Source: Deltaproteobacteria bacterium
Lineage (GTDB): Bacteria > Desulfobacterota > Desulfobaccia > Desulfobaccales > 0-14-0-80-60-11
NCBI GenBank assembly: GCA_026388765.1
Contig: JAPLJC010000088.1
Coordinates: forward strand, 1 to 58,685
DNA: 58,685 nt
Direction: 5' to 3'
Positions 19,982 to 30,409 of the stretch are shown in pieces (the stretch's first letter is position 1; every line of letters begins with the position of its first letter). Below the pieces are notes generated by a model that worked only from the letters and a program-made list of their open reading frames with translations, was not told the origin of the DNA and made no database searches. The position numbers and the translations under genes are program-made.

Positions 19982-21529
19982 ATGATCGATCCCCACAAAC
20001 AAAAAATCCTGATCCTGGATTTCGGCTCCCAGTACACCCAACTAATCGCCCGGCGGGTGCGGGAGCTTAAGGTCTATTGCGAAATCCACCCCTTTATGAT
20101 GCCACTGGAGGAAATCCGGAAGTTCGGCCCCAAGGGTATCATTCTTTCCGGCGGCCCCCGGAGCGTCTACGAGCCCAACGCCCCCACCATCGACCCGAAA
20201 GTCTTCAATCTGGGGGTGCCGGTTTTGGGCATCTGTTACGGCATCCAGCTCATGAGCCATCTCCTGGGTGGCAGGGTGGTCCCGGCCGTGGCCCGGGAAT
20301 ACGGGCGCAAACTATTCAGCATCATCGACACCCAGGACCTGTTCTCCAACCTCAACCGGGAAGAGCCGGTGTGGATGAGTCACGGCGACAAGGTGGAAGA
20401 AGTGGCCCCGGGGTTTGAAATCATCGGGGCCAGCGACACCTGCCCCGCCGGCGCCGTGGCCGACCGGGCCCGGCGGCTTTACGGGGTGCAGTTTCATCCG
20501 GAGGTGCATCACACCCCCCGGGGCAAGGTAATCCTCAGCAATTTTCTCTTCCGCATCTGCCGGCTTGCGCCCTTATGGACCATGCACTCCTTCATCGAGG
20601 CCACCACCGAAGCCATCCGGCTGGAGGTGGGGGGCGAACGGGTGATTTGCGCCCTGTCCGGGGGGGTGGATTCCTCCATCACCGCCATCCTGGTGCACCG
20701 GGCCATCGGCGATCGCCTCACCTGCGTCTTTGTGGACAACGGCCTGCTGCGGAAGAATGAGGCCGCCGAGGTCCTTAACCTCTTCCGGGACCATCACCAC
20801 CTGAATTTGGTGCACGTGGACGCCACCGACAGCTTCCTCAGCCTCCTGGAGGGGATCACCGACCCGGAAGAGAAGCGCAAGCGCATCGGCCACGAATTCA
20901 TCCGGATCTTCGCGGCGGAGGCGGAGAAGCTGGGCGGGGTTAAATACCTGGCCCAGGGCACCCTGTACCCGGACGTCATCGAAAGCGTCTCCTTCAAGGG
21001 CCCTTCGGCCACCATCAAGACCCACCACAACGTGGGGGGCCTGCCGGAGATCATGCCTCTGAAGCTGCTGGAACCGCTGCGGGAACTCTTTAAAGATGAG
21101 GTCCGGGAGGTGGGCCGGGAACTGGGGCTGCCGGACCGGTTAGTCTGGCGGCACCCCTTCCCCGGGCCGGGGCTGGCTATCCGCATCTTAGGCGAGGTCG
21201 ACCGGGAACGCCTGGACATCCTCAAGGAGGCGGACGCCATCGTCATCGAAGAAATGCTGGCCGCCGGGTATTATCGCCAGGTGTGGCAGGCCTTTGCGGT
21301 GCTGCTGCCCATCCGCACCGTGGGGGTCATGGGCGACGAGCGCACCTATGAGAACGTCATTGCGCTCCGGATCGTCGATTCCGCCGACGCCATGACCGCG
21401 GATTGGAGCCGCCTGCCCCACGACTTCCTGGCCCGGCTGGCCAACCGCATCATCAACGAAGTCAAACGGGTGAACCGGGTGGTTTACGATATTTCGTCCA
21501 AGCCGCCCAGCACGATTGAGTGGGAGTGA
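19982..21529 (+). CDS. guaA: GMP synthase (glutamine-hydrolysing)
   Basis: [24 protein letters not shown] and KPPSTIEWE motifs; start ATG 19982. Confidence 0.97.
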   Translation: MIDPHKQKILILDFGSQYTQLIARRVRELKVYCEIHPFMMPLEEIRKFGPKGIILSGGPRSVYEPNAPTIDPKVFNLGVPVLGICYGIQLMSHLLGGRVVPAVAREYGRKLFSIIDTQDLFSNLNREEPVWMSHGDKVEEVAPGFEIIGASDTCPAGAVADRARRLYGVQFHPEVHHTPRGKVILSNFLFRICRLAPLWTMHSFIEATTEAIRLEVGGERVICALSGGVDSSITAILVHRAIGDRLTCVFVDNGLLRKNEAAEVLNLFRDHHHLNLVHVDATDSFLSLLEGITDPEEKRKRIGHEFIRIFAAEAEKLGGVKYLAQGTLYPDVIESVSFKGPSATIKTHHNVGGLPEIMPLKLLEPLRELFKDEVREVGRELGLPDRLVWRHPFPGPGLAIRILGEVDRERLDILKEADAIVIEEMLAAGYYRQVWQAFAVLLPIRTVGVMGDERTYENVIALRIVDSADAMTADWSRLPHDFLARLANRIINEVKRVNRVVYDISSKPPSTIEWE

Positions 21530-21532
21530 GAA

Positions 21533-21723
21533 AGTAGCCAGTAGTTCAGTAGTCAGTTTTTGGTTGTTAAAAATAATCCCCCCTGCCCCCCTTTAGAAAA
21601 GGGGGGTATGAAAATCAGGTTTTTAAGTCCCACTTTTTTAAAGGGGGATTTAGGGGGATTATAAGATGCTGAAAATATGAGAAATGCCTCTGGTTCCCAA
21701 GTTTAACTTGGGAACCAGAGGCA
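21533..21723. repeat. Stack of three repeat types after guaA
   Basis: CAGTAG heptamers 21533-21560; AATCCCCC...GGGGGATT element 21575-21660; perfect 19-bp-arm palindrome 21685-21723. Confidence 0.75.
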
Positions 21724-21732
21724 ACAAATAAC

Positions 21733-22818
21733 ATGGCAAACCCCAAAAAAGACAAGGCAACCGCCGCACCGCCGGCCCCGGCCCCCGGCCCCAGGTTCTT
21801 CCGGGAGATCCTCGGGCAGGAGTGGGTGGTTTCCCATCTAAAGACCGCCCGGCAAAAGGGCCGGCTGGCCCATGCCTACCTGTTCCTGGGACCGGAGGGG
21901 GTGGGCAAGGCGTCCACCGCCCAGGCCCTGGCCGCGGCCCTGAATTGCCAGGCGCCTCTGGAAGACGGGGACGCCTGCGGGGTCTGCCCCTCCTGCCGCC
22001 GCCTGGCGGCCGGGACGCATCCAGATTTTCTGGTGATTGAGCCCACTTCTGAGGGGCACCAGCCCCAGATCAAGATCGAGCAGATCCGGGAGTTCCGCCG
22101 CCTCACCAGCTATCCGCCCTTGGGCGGCGGCTGGCGGGTGGCCCTGATCAAACCGGCGGAAGCCCTGACCGCCCAGAACGACGCGGCGGCCAATGCCCTG
22201 CTGAAGACCCTGGAGGAGCCGCCCGACCGGCACCTGATCATTCTCACGACCCAGGTGGAGGCCGACCTCCTGCCCACCGTGGTCTCGCGGTGTCACAAAC
22301 TGGCCTTCGCCCCGCTGCCCGCCGCCCTGATAGCCGGGGAACTGGAACGGCGGCGGGGTCTGGCCCCACCCCAGGCTCAGCTACTCGCCGCCCTGAGCGG
22401 CGGCTCCCTGGGCCGGGCCCTCAGCCTCGACCCGGAAGCCATTCTGGCTCAGCGCCGCCAGGTGCTGGCAGACCTGGGGGCGCTCGCCACCGGCTCCGCC
22501 GCGGCCGCCCTGGACTGGGCCCAACGCCTGGCCAAAAGCCGCCCTGACCTGGATCATTTCCTGTCGTTGGCCCAAATGTGGTATCGTGACTTGTTGCTGT
22601 GTCATTTCCAGGCCCCGGCGGCCTTGCTGGCCCACCAGGACTTGCTGGCCGACCTGGCCCGTGAGGCGGCCGCGACGAAGCCGACAACCGTATTTCAGCA
22701 ATTCACCGCCCTGAGCACGGCCCAGCGTCACCTCCAGGCCAATCTCAACCCGGAGTTGACCCTGGACATCCTGGGGCTGCGCTTACAGCGCCGAGGTCAG
22801 TCACATGGCTCTCGCTAA
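21733..22818 (+). CDS. holB: DNA polymerase III subunit delta'
   Basis: HAYLFLGPEGVGK, CGVCPSC zinc module, HPD, ANALLKTLEEP and SRC motifs. Confidence 0.93.
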   Translation: MANPKKDKATAAPPAPAPGPRFFREILGQEWVVSHLKTARQKGRLAHAYLFLGPEGVGKASTAQALAAALNCQAPLEDGDACGVCPSCRRLAAGTHPDFLVIEPTSEGHQPQIKIEQIREFRRLTSYPPLGGGWRVALIKPAEALTAQNDAAANALLKTLEEPPDRHLIILTTQVEADLLPTVVSRCHKLAFAPLPAALIAGELERRRGLAPPQAQLLAALSGGSLGRALSLDPEAILAQRRQVLADLGALATGSAAAALDWAQRLAKSRPDLDHFLSLAQMWYRDLLLCHFQAPAALLAHQDLLADLAREAAATKPTTVFQQFTALSTAQRHLQANLNPELTLDILGLRLQRRGQSHGSR

Positions 22819-23629
22819 AGTTTGCCTCGGACCTGGAAATAAATGCTGCCTGCTGGATTCCGGCTCGGTGGAGCTCAAGGCCAACGACCGCGTGGTGCTG
22901 GAAAACGAAAACGGCCTCAGGCTGGGCCGGGTGAAGGTGGTCTTCGGCGATGCCGACCCGCAGTCGTTTCCGGGCCAGATCAAGGCCTTGGTGCGCCTGG
23001 CCACCCCGGAGGACCTCAGGCAGGAGGAAAAAAATCGCGGCCTGGAAAAACGAGCCCTGGAGTTTTGCCTGCGCCGCATCCAGTCCCATCGGCTGCCCAT
23101 CTACCTGGTGCAGGTGGAATGCCTCTTCGACGCCTCCAAGATCATCTTTTACTTCACCGCCCCGGGCCGAGTCGATTTCCGGGAATTGGTGAAGGACCTG
23201 GTTCAGGAATTCCGCATCCGCATCGAGTTGCGCCAGATCGGGGTGCGGCACCGCGCCAAGATGGTGGGGGGCCTGGGGATTTGCGGCCGGGGCTTGTGCT
23301 GCTCCTCCTTTCTCCAAGACTTCGAACCGGTGAGCGTGCGCATGGCCAAAGAACAGCAGCTCAGCCTCAATCCCAACAAGATCTCCGGTATTTGCGGACG
23401 CCTCATGTGCTGCCTCACCTACGAGTACGCCGCCTACCAGGAGATCAGGAAGCACCTGCCCCGGGTGGGCAAACGCATCCAGACCCCCGAGGGGGAGGGC
23501 AAGATCATCCGCTACAACCTGGTCCGGGAGACGGTGACCCTGGAGTTGGAGGATAAACGGGAACTGGAAGTCCCCATCGCGGACCTTACCGGGGATGGCA
23601 CCCCGGCCGAGTCCGTTAAGGGAGAATGA
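22805..23629 (+). CDS. ricT: PSP1/RicT (YaaT) family protein
   Basis: RVDFRELVKDL, RIELRQIG, CGRGLCC and KISGICGRLMCCL motifs. Confidence 0.9.
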   Translation: MALAKVCLGPGNKCCLLDSGSVELKANDRVVLENENGLRLGRVKVVFGDADPQSFPGQIKALVRLATPEDLRQEEKNRGLEKRALEFCLRRIQSHRLPIYLVQVECLFDASKIIFYFTAPGRVDFRELVKDLVQEFRIRIELRQIGVRHRAKMVGGLGICGRGLCCSSFLQDFEPVSVRMAKEQQLSLNPNKISGICGRLMCCLTYEYAAYQEIRKHLPRVGKRIQTPEGEGKIIRYNLVRETVTLELEDKRELEVPIADLTGDGTPAESVKGE

Positions 23630-23647
23630 AAGCCGCGGCGAGGAAAC

Positions 23648-24331
23648 ATGGACGATAGCGACCGAGTTATAGAATCCTTAAAATTTCAGATCAAGAAAGA
23701 GATTGTTGACAACTACTTCGCCGACCGGGTCTACCTGGAAGAAGAGCTGGAACTGCTGCGCCAGGAGTCCGAGGCCTACCGCAAGGAGTTCGAGTTGCTG
23801 GGCCGCCGCTTCATGGCCCTGTACCACGCCCTCGGCTCCGAGGCCGGCTGCCGCCTGACCATGGAGGTCCTGAACCTGAAGGATTGGCCCTTTTACGAGC
23901 AGTATTGCGCCCTGGCGGACGGGGAACGCCAGGAACTGGTCAAAAGCTGCCGCATCCGGGGCCTCACCGCCTACCGCCGCTTCCGCAACCGGATCCTGGA
24001 CCTTTACGAGCTGCTGCACCAGGACAGCGTCCTGCTCCAGGAAAGTTACGAGAAGATCCAGACCCACCTGAAACTCCTCAACGAAGATATCGACAAGTTC
24101 AACCTGTCCTACGACTTCGGACTCCTCGCAGCCCAGATCGAGGCCATCGAGGGCCGGGGCGAGGTCATTTCCGGGGGCCTCCTGTCTCCGGAGCGGGAGG
24201 AGCTCTCCACTCGCATGCGCTTCAAGCGCGCCAGGCTCAGCGGCGAGGAACTGCCCCCGGCGCCGGACCTGCCGCCGCTCGACCAAATTAAAGACAGACT
24301 GCTGGAAATAATTGAGCGGATTTGTCCGTGA
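23648..24331 (+). CDS. Hypothetical helical protein
   Basis: 227-aa ORF with RBS (gaggaa) and host-like codon usage. Confidence 0.7.
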   Translation: MDDSDRVIESLKFQIKKEIVDNYFADRVYLEEELELLRQESEAYRKEFELLGRRFMALYHALGSEAGCRLTMEVLNLKDWPFYEQYCALADGERQELVKSCRIRGLTAYRRFRNRILDLYELLHQDSVLLQESYEKIQTHLKLLNEDIDKFNLSYDFGLLAAQIEAIEGRGEVISGGLLSPEREELSTRMRFKRARLSGEELPPAPDLPPLDQIKDRLLEIIERICP

Positions 24332-24350
24332 AGACCAGGGCCGGTTAATT

Positions 24351-25013
24351 ATGCAAAAGACCCTTATATCCATGTTTATCCTGGTGGCAGGCAATTGCTT
24401 CTGCGGCTGCGGCCCGACTCTTTATAACATCAACGTCAACGGTTACACCGACCCGGTGGCGCCAGGGGGCATCAACCCGGGCAGCAGCTTTTTTGTCATC
24501 GACAACCAGACGGCCCCAAACCCTCTGCTGGAAAAGGAAATCAAGGAAAAGATCAACAAGCTCCTGACCATGCAGGGCTATCAGGTGGTCGCCTACGACC
24601 AGGCCCAGTATTATCTGTTCTTCTCTTATGGCATCGGCCAGGAGCGCGCCGCCAGCGTAGTCATGCCGGACTACTACCCCTCCTACGGCTTCGGCCTCGG
24701 CGGTGGCACCGGCTGGCGCGGCAGCCCTTTTGTCTTTGCGGCGCCCTTCTTTAGCTTCTACCCCGGTCCGGAGAGGGTTTACGACCGCTGGCTCCTGATC
24801 AACGCGGTGGATGGCAAATACTACCGGGAAAAGGGCGAGTTCCGGACCGTTTGGGTGGGCGAGGCCCGGAGCACCGGCACCTCTCAGGATCTCCGGGTGG
24901 CCCTCGACTACTTGTTGCTGGCAGACTTCCAGCAGTTCGGCAAGAACACCGGCAAGGCGGTGACCGTGGAGATCAACCAGGAGGCCCCCCAGGTGCAGGG
25001 CTTGACCAAGTAA
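24351..25013 (+). CDS. Putative lipoprotein (DUF4136-like)
   Basis: Hydrophobic signal with lipobox-like CGC, Gly/Tyr-rich loop and TVWVGEA motif. Confidence 0.65.
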   Translation: MQKTLISMFILVAGNCFCGCGPTLYNINVNGYTDPVAPGGINPGSSFFVIDNQTAPNPLLEKEIKEKINKLLTMQGYQVVAYDQAQYYLFFSYGIGQERAASVVMPDYYPSYGFGLGGGTGWRGSPFVFAAPFFSFYPGPERVYDRWLLINAVDGKYYREKGEFRTVWVGEARSTGTSQDLRVALDYLLLADFQQFGKNTGKAVTVEINQEAPQVQGLTK

Positions 25014-25083
25014 TGATTTTAATCCCGTCGACCGAGTCTTCTTTTTTCCATCTTTGCTCGAGCCTGTGCCGCGGATAGCGCCC

Positions 25084-25845
25084 ATGGAAATTCTTACTAA
25101 AGTCAGTTCAGTCTTATTCGGCTTAATTATCGGATTCCTGGTCTACAAGACTTCCGGTAAATCTGAAATCGACGGAATGCTGAGTATCCTGGTCGGATTA
25201 GTGGCGACTGCCGTTATCAGCAATCTTGTCGAGTTTTATCTGCAATCGCGCGAGACCCGCAGGATCAATGCGAACCTTACTAATCTCCTGGTTAAGATAG
25301 GGAAGTGCTTCCATTCAGTCACCGAATTAAATCATATTCTACGTTACGGAGTAACGATATTTAAACGGGAACAGATACCGAATATTTGGATTGAATTATT
25401 ATGGAAAATGGAAAATAGATATTATGGAGTGAGCTATTCCAGCCCCGATTTATGGTGGAGTCAGGCCTTTACCAAACTGGCCATCGAGATACAAAAAACC
25501 AAAATCATCGTTAATAAAGCCGATATCCGCAGGGTATTCATCTATGAAGACGAGAAAGAAAAAAATAATATCTATGAGACGATGCGTGAACAATCTTTAG
25601 CCGGCATTAAAGTAAAATCTATTTCAAAACAGAGTATTGCCGAAAGTTACCTCTTAAAACAAATGGCCGGCAAACTAGAAACCTTGGATTATGCCGTGAT
25701 AGATACAAAAATCGCCTGGTTGGTGGTTATCGATAAGAATCGTAAATTTAAGATGGGCAAGGCCATAATCGATGAGGCCCTGATAGATAATTATAAGGGG
25801 TTTTTTGACCATCTGTTTGAAGAAGCTGAGAATTTTGCCGGCTGA
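25084..25845 (+). CDS. AT-rich membrane-anchored hypothetical protein
   Basis: Two N-terminal hydrophobic segments; A/T-ending codons contrast with neighbours. Confidence 0.7.
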   Translation: MEILTKVSSVLFGLIIGFLVYKTSGKSEIDGMLSILVGLVATAVISNLVEFYLQSRETRRINANLTNLLVKIGKCFHSVTELNHILRYGVTIFKREQIPNIWIELLWKMENRYYGVSYSSPDLWWSQAFTKLAIEIQKTKIIVNKADIRRVFIYEDEKEKNNIYETMREQSLAGIKVKSISKQSIAESYLLKQMAGKLETLDYAVIDTKIAWLVVIDKNRKFKMGKAIIDEALIDNYKGFFDHLFEEAENFAG

Positions 25846-25906
25846 TGAGTTATAATGGCCGCGGCAGCTAGCCTGGACCAGAATAAAACCAAGAAATTCA
25901 CCAACT

Positions 25907-27295
25907 TTGGCTAACCTCATAATTCATTTCCAGGATTTTTTCCGGCACCGTATCTGGCAGGATAAAGACCAGCGGCCCGCGGCCCGGTTCGCCCTGAAAG
26001 GCCTGCGCCTCCTGGTCCTGGCCGGCCGTGGCTTGATCAAGAACCAGTCCCTGGTGCGCTCCTCGGCCCTGGCCTACGCCACCATCCTGGGTTTTATCCC
26101 CCTGTTCGCCTTGCTCTTCGCCATCCTCCAGGCCATCGGCCTGCCGCGCCTGTTGGCCACCTATTTCCTGGAGAACCTGGCCCCCGGCTCCCAGGACTTC
26201 GTCACCCAGATCCTGTTTTACATCGAAAACACCAAGGTGACCTCCCTGGGGGTCTTCGGAGTGGTGGTTCTACTGTGCGACCTGGTCATCGTCATGACCA
26301 ACGTCGAGAAGGCCTTCAACAAGACCTGGCAGGTGTCCCGGACCCGCACCTGGAGCCGCAAAATCAGTGATTATCTCAGCATTTTCCTCATCTTCCCCAT
26401 CCTGATTGCCGTGGCCATTTCCATCTCCTCTTCGTTCCTGGGGATTCAACAGATCCACCAAATCCTGAAGGCGGTGATGCCCGAGTTCTTTTTTACCGCC
26501 ACCCGCTGGCTGGTGTCCCTGGGCGTGCTGTGGCTGGCCTTTATCTTCATCTATCTGGTGATGCCCAATACCCGGGTCAATTTCTGGTCCGCGGTCCTGG
26601 GCGGGATGGTGGGGGGCAGCGTCTGGCAAGTGGCCCAATGGATTTTCATCTGGATCCAGGGGGCCTCGGCTTATTACAACGCCATTTACGGCGCCTTATA
26701 CAATCTGCTCTTTATCTTTATCTGGATGTTTTGGTGCTGGCTCATCCTGCTGTTCGGCACCGAAGTGGCCTTTGCCCATCAGAATCTGGAGCGCCTCAGC
26801 CGCTGGTTCCGACGCTCGGCCCTGCCGCCGGAGCCGGTGGACGAATACCTGGGTCTGGCAGCGCTGCTCAGCATCAGCGCCCGGTTCTACCGGCGGCTGC
26901 CACCGGTATCGCTGGAGGAACTGGCGGACCTCCTGCCCATCAGCAACGACCTGGCCGGCCGGGTAGTCCAGATGCTCCAGGACTGCAATCTGGTGATGGA
27001 GGTCGTCCCACCCAAACCGGCGCCGTCACCCCAGTTCCTCCCCAGCTTCCCCCTGGACCAGGTGACGGTGGCGGAGGCCCTGGCCTGCCTGCGGCGCTCC
27101 CGGGAGGCGGCCCTCAGCCAGGCCCTGGAAGTGGAGCCGCGGCTGGCCGGGGCAATCGAGCACCTGCTGGAAGGCCGGATCATGTGCGCCGAGCCCTCTC
27201 CCACCCTCAAGGAAGTGGCGGAGTCTTTGGCGGAGACGGAGACGGCGGCCGGGGAAGCAACACCGGCAATTACGCCGAGAATGACCACGACTTGA
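25907..27295 (+). CDS. YihY/virulence factor BrkB family membrane protein with C-terminal Rrf2-like HTH
   Basis: SALAYATILGFIPL, EKAFNKTW, MPNTRV and YNAIYGAL motifs. Confidence 0.88.
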   Translation: MANLIIHFQDFFRHRIWQDKDQRPAARFALKGLRLLVLAGRGLIKNQSLVRSSALAYATILGFIPLFALLFAILQAIGLPRLLATYFLENLAPGSQDFVTQILFYIENTKVTSLGVFGVVVLLCDLVIVMTNVEKAFNKTWQVSRTRTWSRKISDYLSIFLIFPILIAVAISISSSFLGIQQIHQILKAVMPEFFFTATRWLVSLGVLWLAFIFIYLVMPNTRVNFWSAVLGGMVGGSVWQVAQWIFIWIQGASAYYNAIYGALYNLLFIFIWMFWCWLILLFGTEVAFAHQNLERLSRWFRRSALPPEPVDEYLGLAALLSISARFYRRLPPVSLEELADLLPISNDLAGRVVQMLQDCNLVMEVVPPKPAPSPQFLPSFPLDQVTVAEALACLRRSREAALSQALEVEPRLAGAIEHLLEGRIMCAEPSPTLKEVAESLAETETAAGEATPAITPRMTTT

Positions 27296-27299
27296 GGCT

Positions 27300-27890
27300 T
27301 CAGGCCGGGACTGGCAAAATTGACTGCGGATCGATGAGCCTTATGGTCCGGTCGGCGCCCAGATTTCGCCAATTGAGCTGATCCGTGGGCAGTGAGGCGG
27401 GAATCCAGGCCAGGGTGAGATGCAGGTGGCTGGGAATCTTGGGACTTTTGCCGGGACCGGCCGCTAGTGCCGCAATTATTTCGCCTGCCGCCACTACCTG
27501 GCCGACGTGAATCGCAGCCAACGGCTCGGTGTGGCCATAAGCCGTATAAAGCTGCCGGCCGTCCGCCGCAAAGATCTCATGGCTGAGATAGATTGATTTA
27601 CCGAGAAAATCGTGGCCGATTTTGACAATTTTTCCGGCAAAGGCGGCAGGTATTTTAATATTCGTATCCAGTTGTTTAATTTGGCCGGTTAAATCTTCAA
27701 ACCAACAAAGATCGAGACCTTCATGCGGCGTTGGTCTCGGCTTCTTCTCCCCCCACCAGGTTTCCAGAGAATTGAATAGCATGCCCGGCTGTAAGAGCCA
27801 CTTTTTAAAACCCGCCAGATAAGGTCTATTGCTGGCCAGCAGGTAGTCAAAAAATCTGCTGTTAATCTCATTTGGTCGTGAAGTTTTCAT
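27300..27890 (-). CDS. M23 family metallopeptidase-like protein
   Basis: HEGLD (HxxxD), TAYGH and HLH motifs. Confidence 0.75.
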   Translation of the reverse strand: MKTSRPNEINSRFFDYLLASNRPYLAGFKKWLLQPGMLFNSLETWWGEKKPRPTPHEGLDLCWFEDLTGQIKQLDTNIKIPAAFAGKIVKIGHDFLGKSIYLSHEIFAADGRQLYTAYGHTEPLAAIHVGQVVAAGEIIAALAAGPGKSPKIPSHLHLTLAWIPASLPTDQLNWRNLGADRTIRLIDPQSILPVPA

Positions 27891-27988
27891 CTCAGCGGCA
27901 GTTCGCCAACCCTATTACCAAAAATCTAGGGCGGCCTATGGCCGCCTCAATTCGGCGGGCACAGCCCGCCCTAGAATAATTCTTAGAC

Positions 27989-28966
27989 TTACCTGAACTT
28001 GAAATCACCACGGCCCAGCAGGTCGTGCAGGTGCACGATGCCCAGGACTTTTTGGGTCTCGTCCACCACCGGCAACACCGTGATGGCGTGGTGCTCCATG
28101 AGCTCCAGGGCCTGGGAGGCCAGGGCCCCGGGGCCGATGTGGCGCGGTTTCGGGGTCATCACCGCTTTCACCTTTTTATCCTGGACGTCGCCCCACTTTT
28201 TCAAGGCCCGGCGCAGATCGCCATCAGTAATGATGCCCTGCAAAATGCCGCCGCGGTCCACCACCAGGGTGACCCCCAGCCTTTTGGCGTCGATCTCGGC
28301 GATGGCCTGGCTCAAGGTATGCGACAGTGGGGTGAGGGGAACCCGGTCGCCGGTGAGCATCACCTCGGAGATAGCCAGCGACAGGCGCTCCCCCAAACTG
28401 CCGCCCGGATGGAAGCGCTGAAAATCCGCGGCCTGAAAGCCGCGTTTGGTGAGGAGCGCCACCGCCAGGGCGTCACCCATGGCCAGCATGGCGGTGGTGC
28501 TGGCGGTGGGAGCCAGACCCAGGGGGCAGGCCTCCCGGGGCACCCCGGTATCGATGGCCACCCGGGCCAGACGGCCCAGGGTGGAGGCGAGCCGCCCGGT
28601 CATGGCGATGAGCGGCGCCTTCAGGCGCTCCAGGCTGGGGAGGAGGATGGTTAGCTCCCTGGTTTCGCCGCTGTTGGATAGGGCCAGAACCACGTCTTGG
28701 GCAGACACCATGCCAAGGTCGCCGTGCATGGCCTCCACCGGATGGAGGAACAGGGCCGGGGTGCCGGTGGAGTTGAAGGTGGCCACGATTTTTCTGGCCA
28801 CGATGCCGGATTTGCCCACCCCGGTGACGATGACCCGGCCCTTGGCCTGATACATCAGGTCCACCGCCTTGACGAAGCTGACGTCCAGCTTGGCAATCAG
28901 GGTGGTCAGCCCCTCGGCTTCGATGGTCAGGACTTCCCGTGCCAGGTCAAGGATATTAGCAGCCAT
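27989..28966 (-). CDS. kdsD: Arabinose-5-phosphate isomerase (KpsF/GutQ)
   Basis: TGVGKSG, HGDLG, EACPLGLAPTAST and FHPGG motifs plus two CBS domains. Confidence 0.95.
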   Translation of the reverse strand: MAANILDLAREVLTIEAEGLTTLIAKLDVSFVKAVDLMYQAKGRVIVTGVGKSGIVARKIVATFNSTGTPALFLHPVEAMHGDLGMVSAQDVVLALSNSGETRELTILLPSLERLKAPLIAMTGRLASTLGRLARVAIDTGVPREACPLGLAPTASTTAMLAMGDALAVALLTKRGFQAADFQRFHPGGSLGERLSLAISEVMLTGDRVPLTPLSHTLSQAIAEIDAKRLGVTLVVDRGGILQGIITDGDLRRALKKWGDVQDKKVKAVMTPKPRHIGPGALASQALELMEHHAITVLPVVDETQKVLGIVHLHDLLGRGDFKFR

Positions 28967-29000
28967 TTAGTATTTTTCCGTTTTCCGAAATAATCGTTTA

Positions 29001-29100
29001 GTGGCACAGGCTTCCAGCCTGTGATGCACAGGTTGGAAACCTGTGCCACCAAGCCTTGGTGCGCCGGGCGCACCTGGACAGCCGAGGGCGGCTGTCCCAC
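29001..29100. repeat. GTGGCACAGG-type REP doublet cluster
   Basis: GTGGCACAGGCTTCCAGCCTGTG with inverted mate; identical unit at 44135-44157 and 51559-51581, variant at 34464-34517. Confidence 0.8.
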
Positions 29101-29126
29101 ATATGAAATGGGGGGCAATGCCCACC

Positions 29127-30203
29127 CTACACCTCTTCCGCCGGGGTCAGTTCCCGCCCCAGCATGATACGGTCCTTACCCCGGCCCTTGCTGGAAAACA
29201 TAGCCCGGTCGGCTATGAGGAGCAATTCCTCCCGGTCCCGGGCGTCCTCCGGCAGGGTGGCGATGCCGTAGCTGGCGGTGACCCGGATATCCAGACCCTC
29301 GTCGGTCAAAAAGCTGGTCTGATTGAGCTTTTCCCGCAGGCGCCGGGTCAGCTCCAGGGCCTGGGCTTTGCCGCGGTGGGGCAGGAGAAGGATAAACTCG
29401 TCACCGCCGTAGCGCACCAGGCTGTCGTCGGGTCCCAGAACCGCGTGGATCACCCGGGCCACCGCCCCCAGGACCTTGCTGCCCCGGAGATGACCATAGC
29501 CATCCACCACCGCTTTAAAATTGTCCAGGTCCAGGAAGACCACGGAGAACTCCCCGCCTTGTTCACGAATCTGGGGGATGAGGTGGTCCAGGCTGAAGAT
29601 GAGATAACGGGTGTTGTAAAAGCCGGTGACATCATCGATGAAGGTGAGGGCCTGGAGCTTCTGGAGATTGCGCACGTTGTCCACGGCGATGGCCACGTAG
29701 TCCGCCAGGATGGAGAGATGCGGCAGATATTTTTCCCGGAAGAACTTCTCATCCTCCACGTTGATGACTTCGAAGACCCCGATGACCTCGCCCCGGACCA
29801 CCAAGGGGAGAGCGATGATGGAGCGGGTGCCGAAGCCGGTGGCGCTGTCTACCCGGGCGGAGAAGCGGGGGTCCTGGTCCACGTCGGGGATGAAGATGGG
29901 CTGGCCCGTTTGGGCCACGACGCCGGCAACGCCTTCCCCCAACCTGAGCCGGATGGACTTGACCGACGCCAGATCTACCCCCACCGTCACGGCAAAGCAG
30001 AGCTCCCGGGTTGGCGGGTCCAACAAGAGCAGGGACCAGTTGCGGGCCGGCAGGAGGAGCTTGATGCGCTCCAGGACCGCGGAGAGCAGGGTCTCCATGT
30101 CATAGGCGCTCGCCAGGGCCTTGGAGAACTCGATGGCGGCCAGCAGGCGCTCCACCTGTCCCGTACCGGATTGCGCGTAGGGTAGACCTTCTCTCTTATC
30201 CAC
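29127..30203 (-). CDS. GAF-GGDEF diguanylate cyclase
   Basis: GAF domain (GEGVAGVVAQTG, DPRF), DLDNFK and RYGGDEF motifs; start uncertain (GTG 30203 chosen). Confidence 0.88.
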   Translation of the reverse strand: MDKREGLPYAQSGTGQVERLLAAIEFSKALASAYDMETLLSAVLERIKLLLPARNWSLLLLDPPTRELCFAVTVGVDLASVKSIRLRLGEGVAGVVAQTGQPIFIPDVDQDPRFSARVDSATGFGTRSIIALPLVVRGEVIGVFEVINVEDEKFFREKYLPHLSILADYVAIAVDNVRNLQKLQALTFIDDVTGFYNTRYLIFSLDHLIPQIREQGGEFSVVFLDLDNFKAVVDGYGHLRGSKVLGAVARVIHAVLGPDDSLVRYGGDEFILLLPHRGKAQALELTRRLREKLNQTSFLTDEGLDIRVTASYGIATLPEDARDREELLLIADRAMFSSKGRGKDRIMLGRELTPAEEV

Positions 30204-30409
30204 CGACCTGAGCTCCAAACAGATTCTATGGTTAACGGCCCGGTATTGCAAGGGGTTTGTGGGACGGCCCCAGCCGGTTAAAGGCGGGAAAGACGTCCGT
30301 CCTGCCCGGGGCAATATGGTTCGTTCCGTCTGGCAGTCGTTGACTCCGGGAAGGGGGATGATTAAAGATGTTAAAACAACGCTTATTCCCATGGAAAAAG
30401 GAGGCAGTC

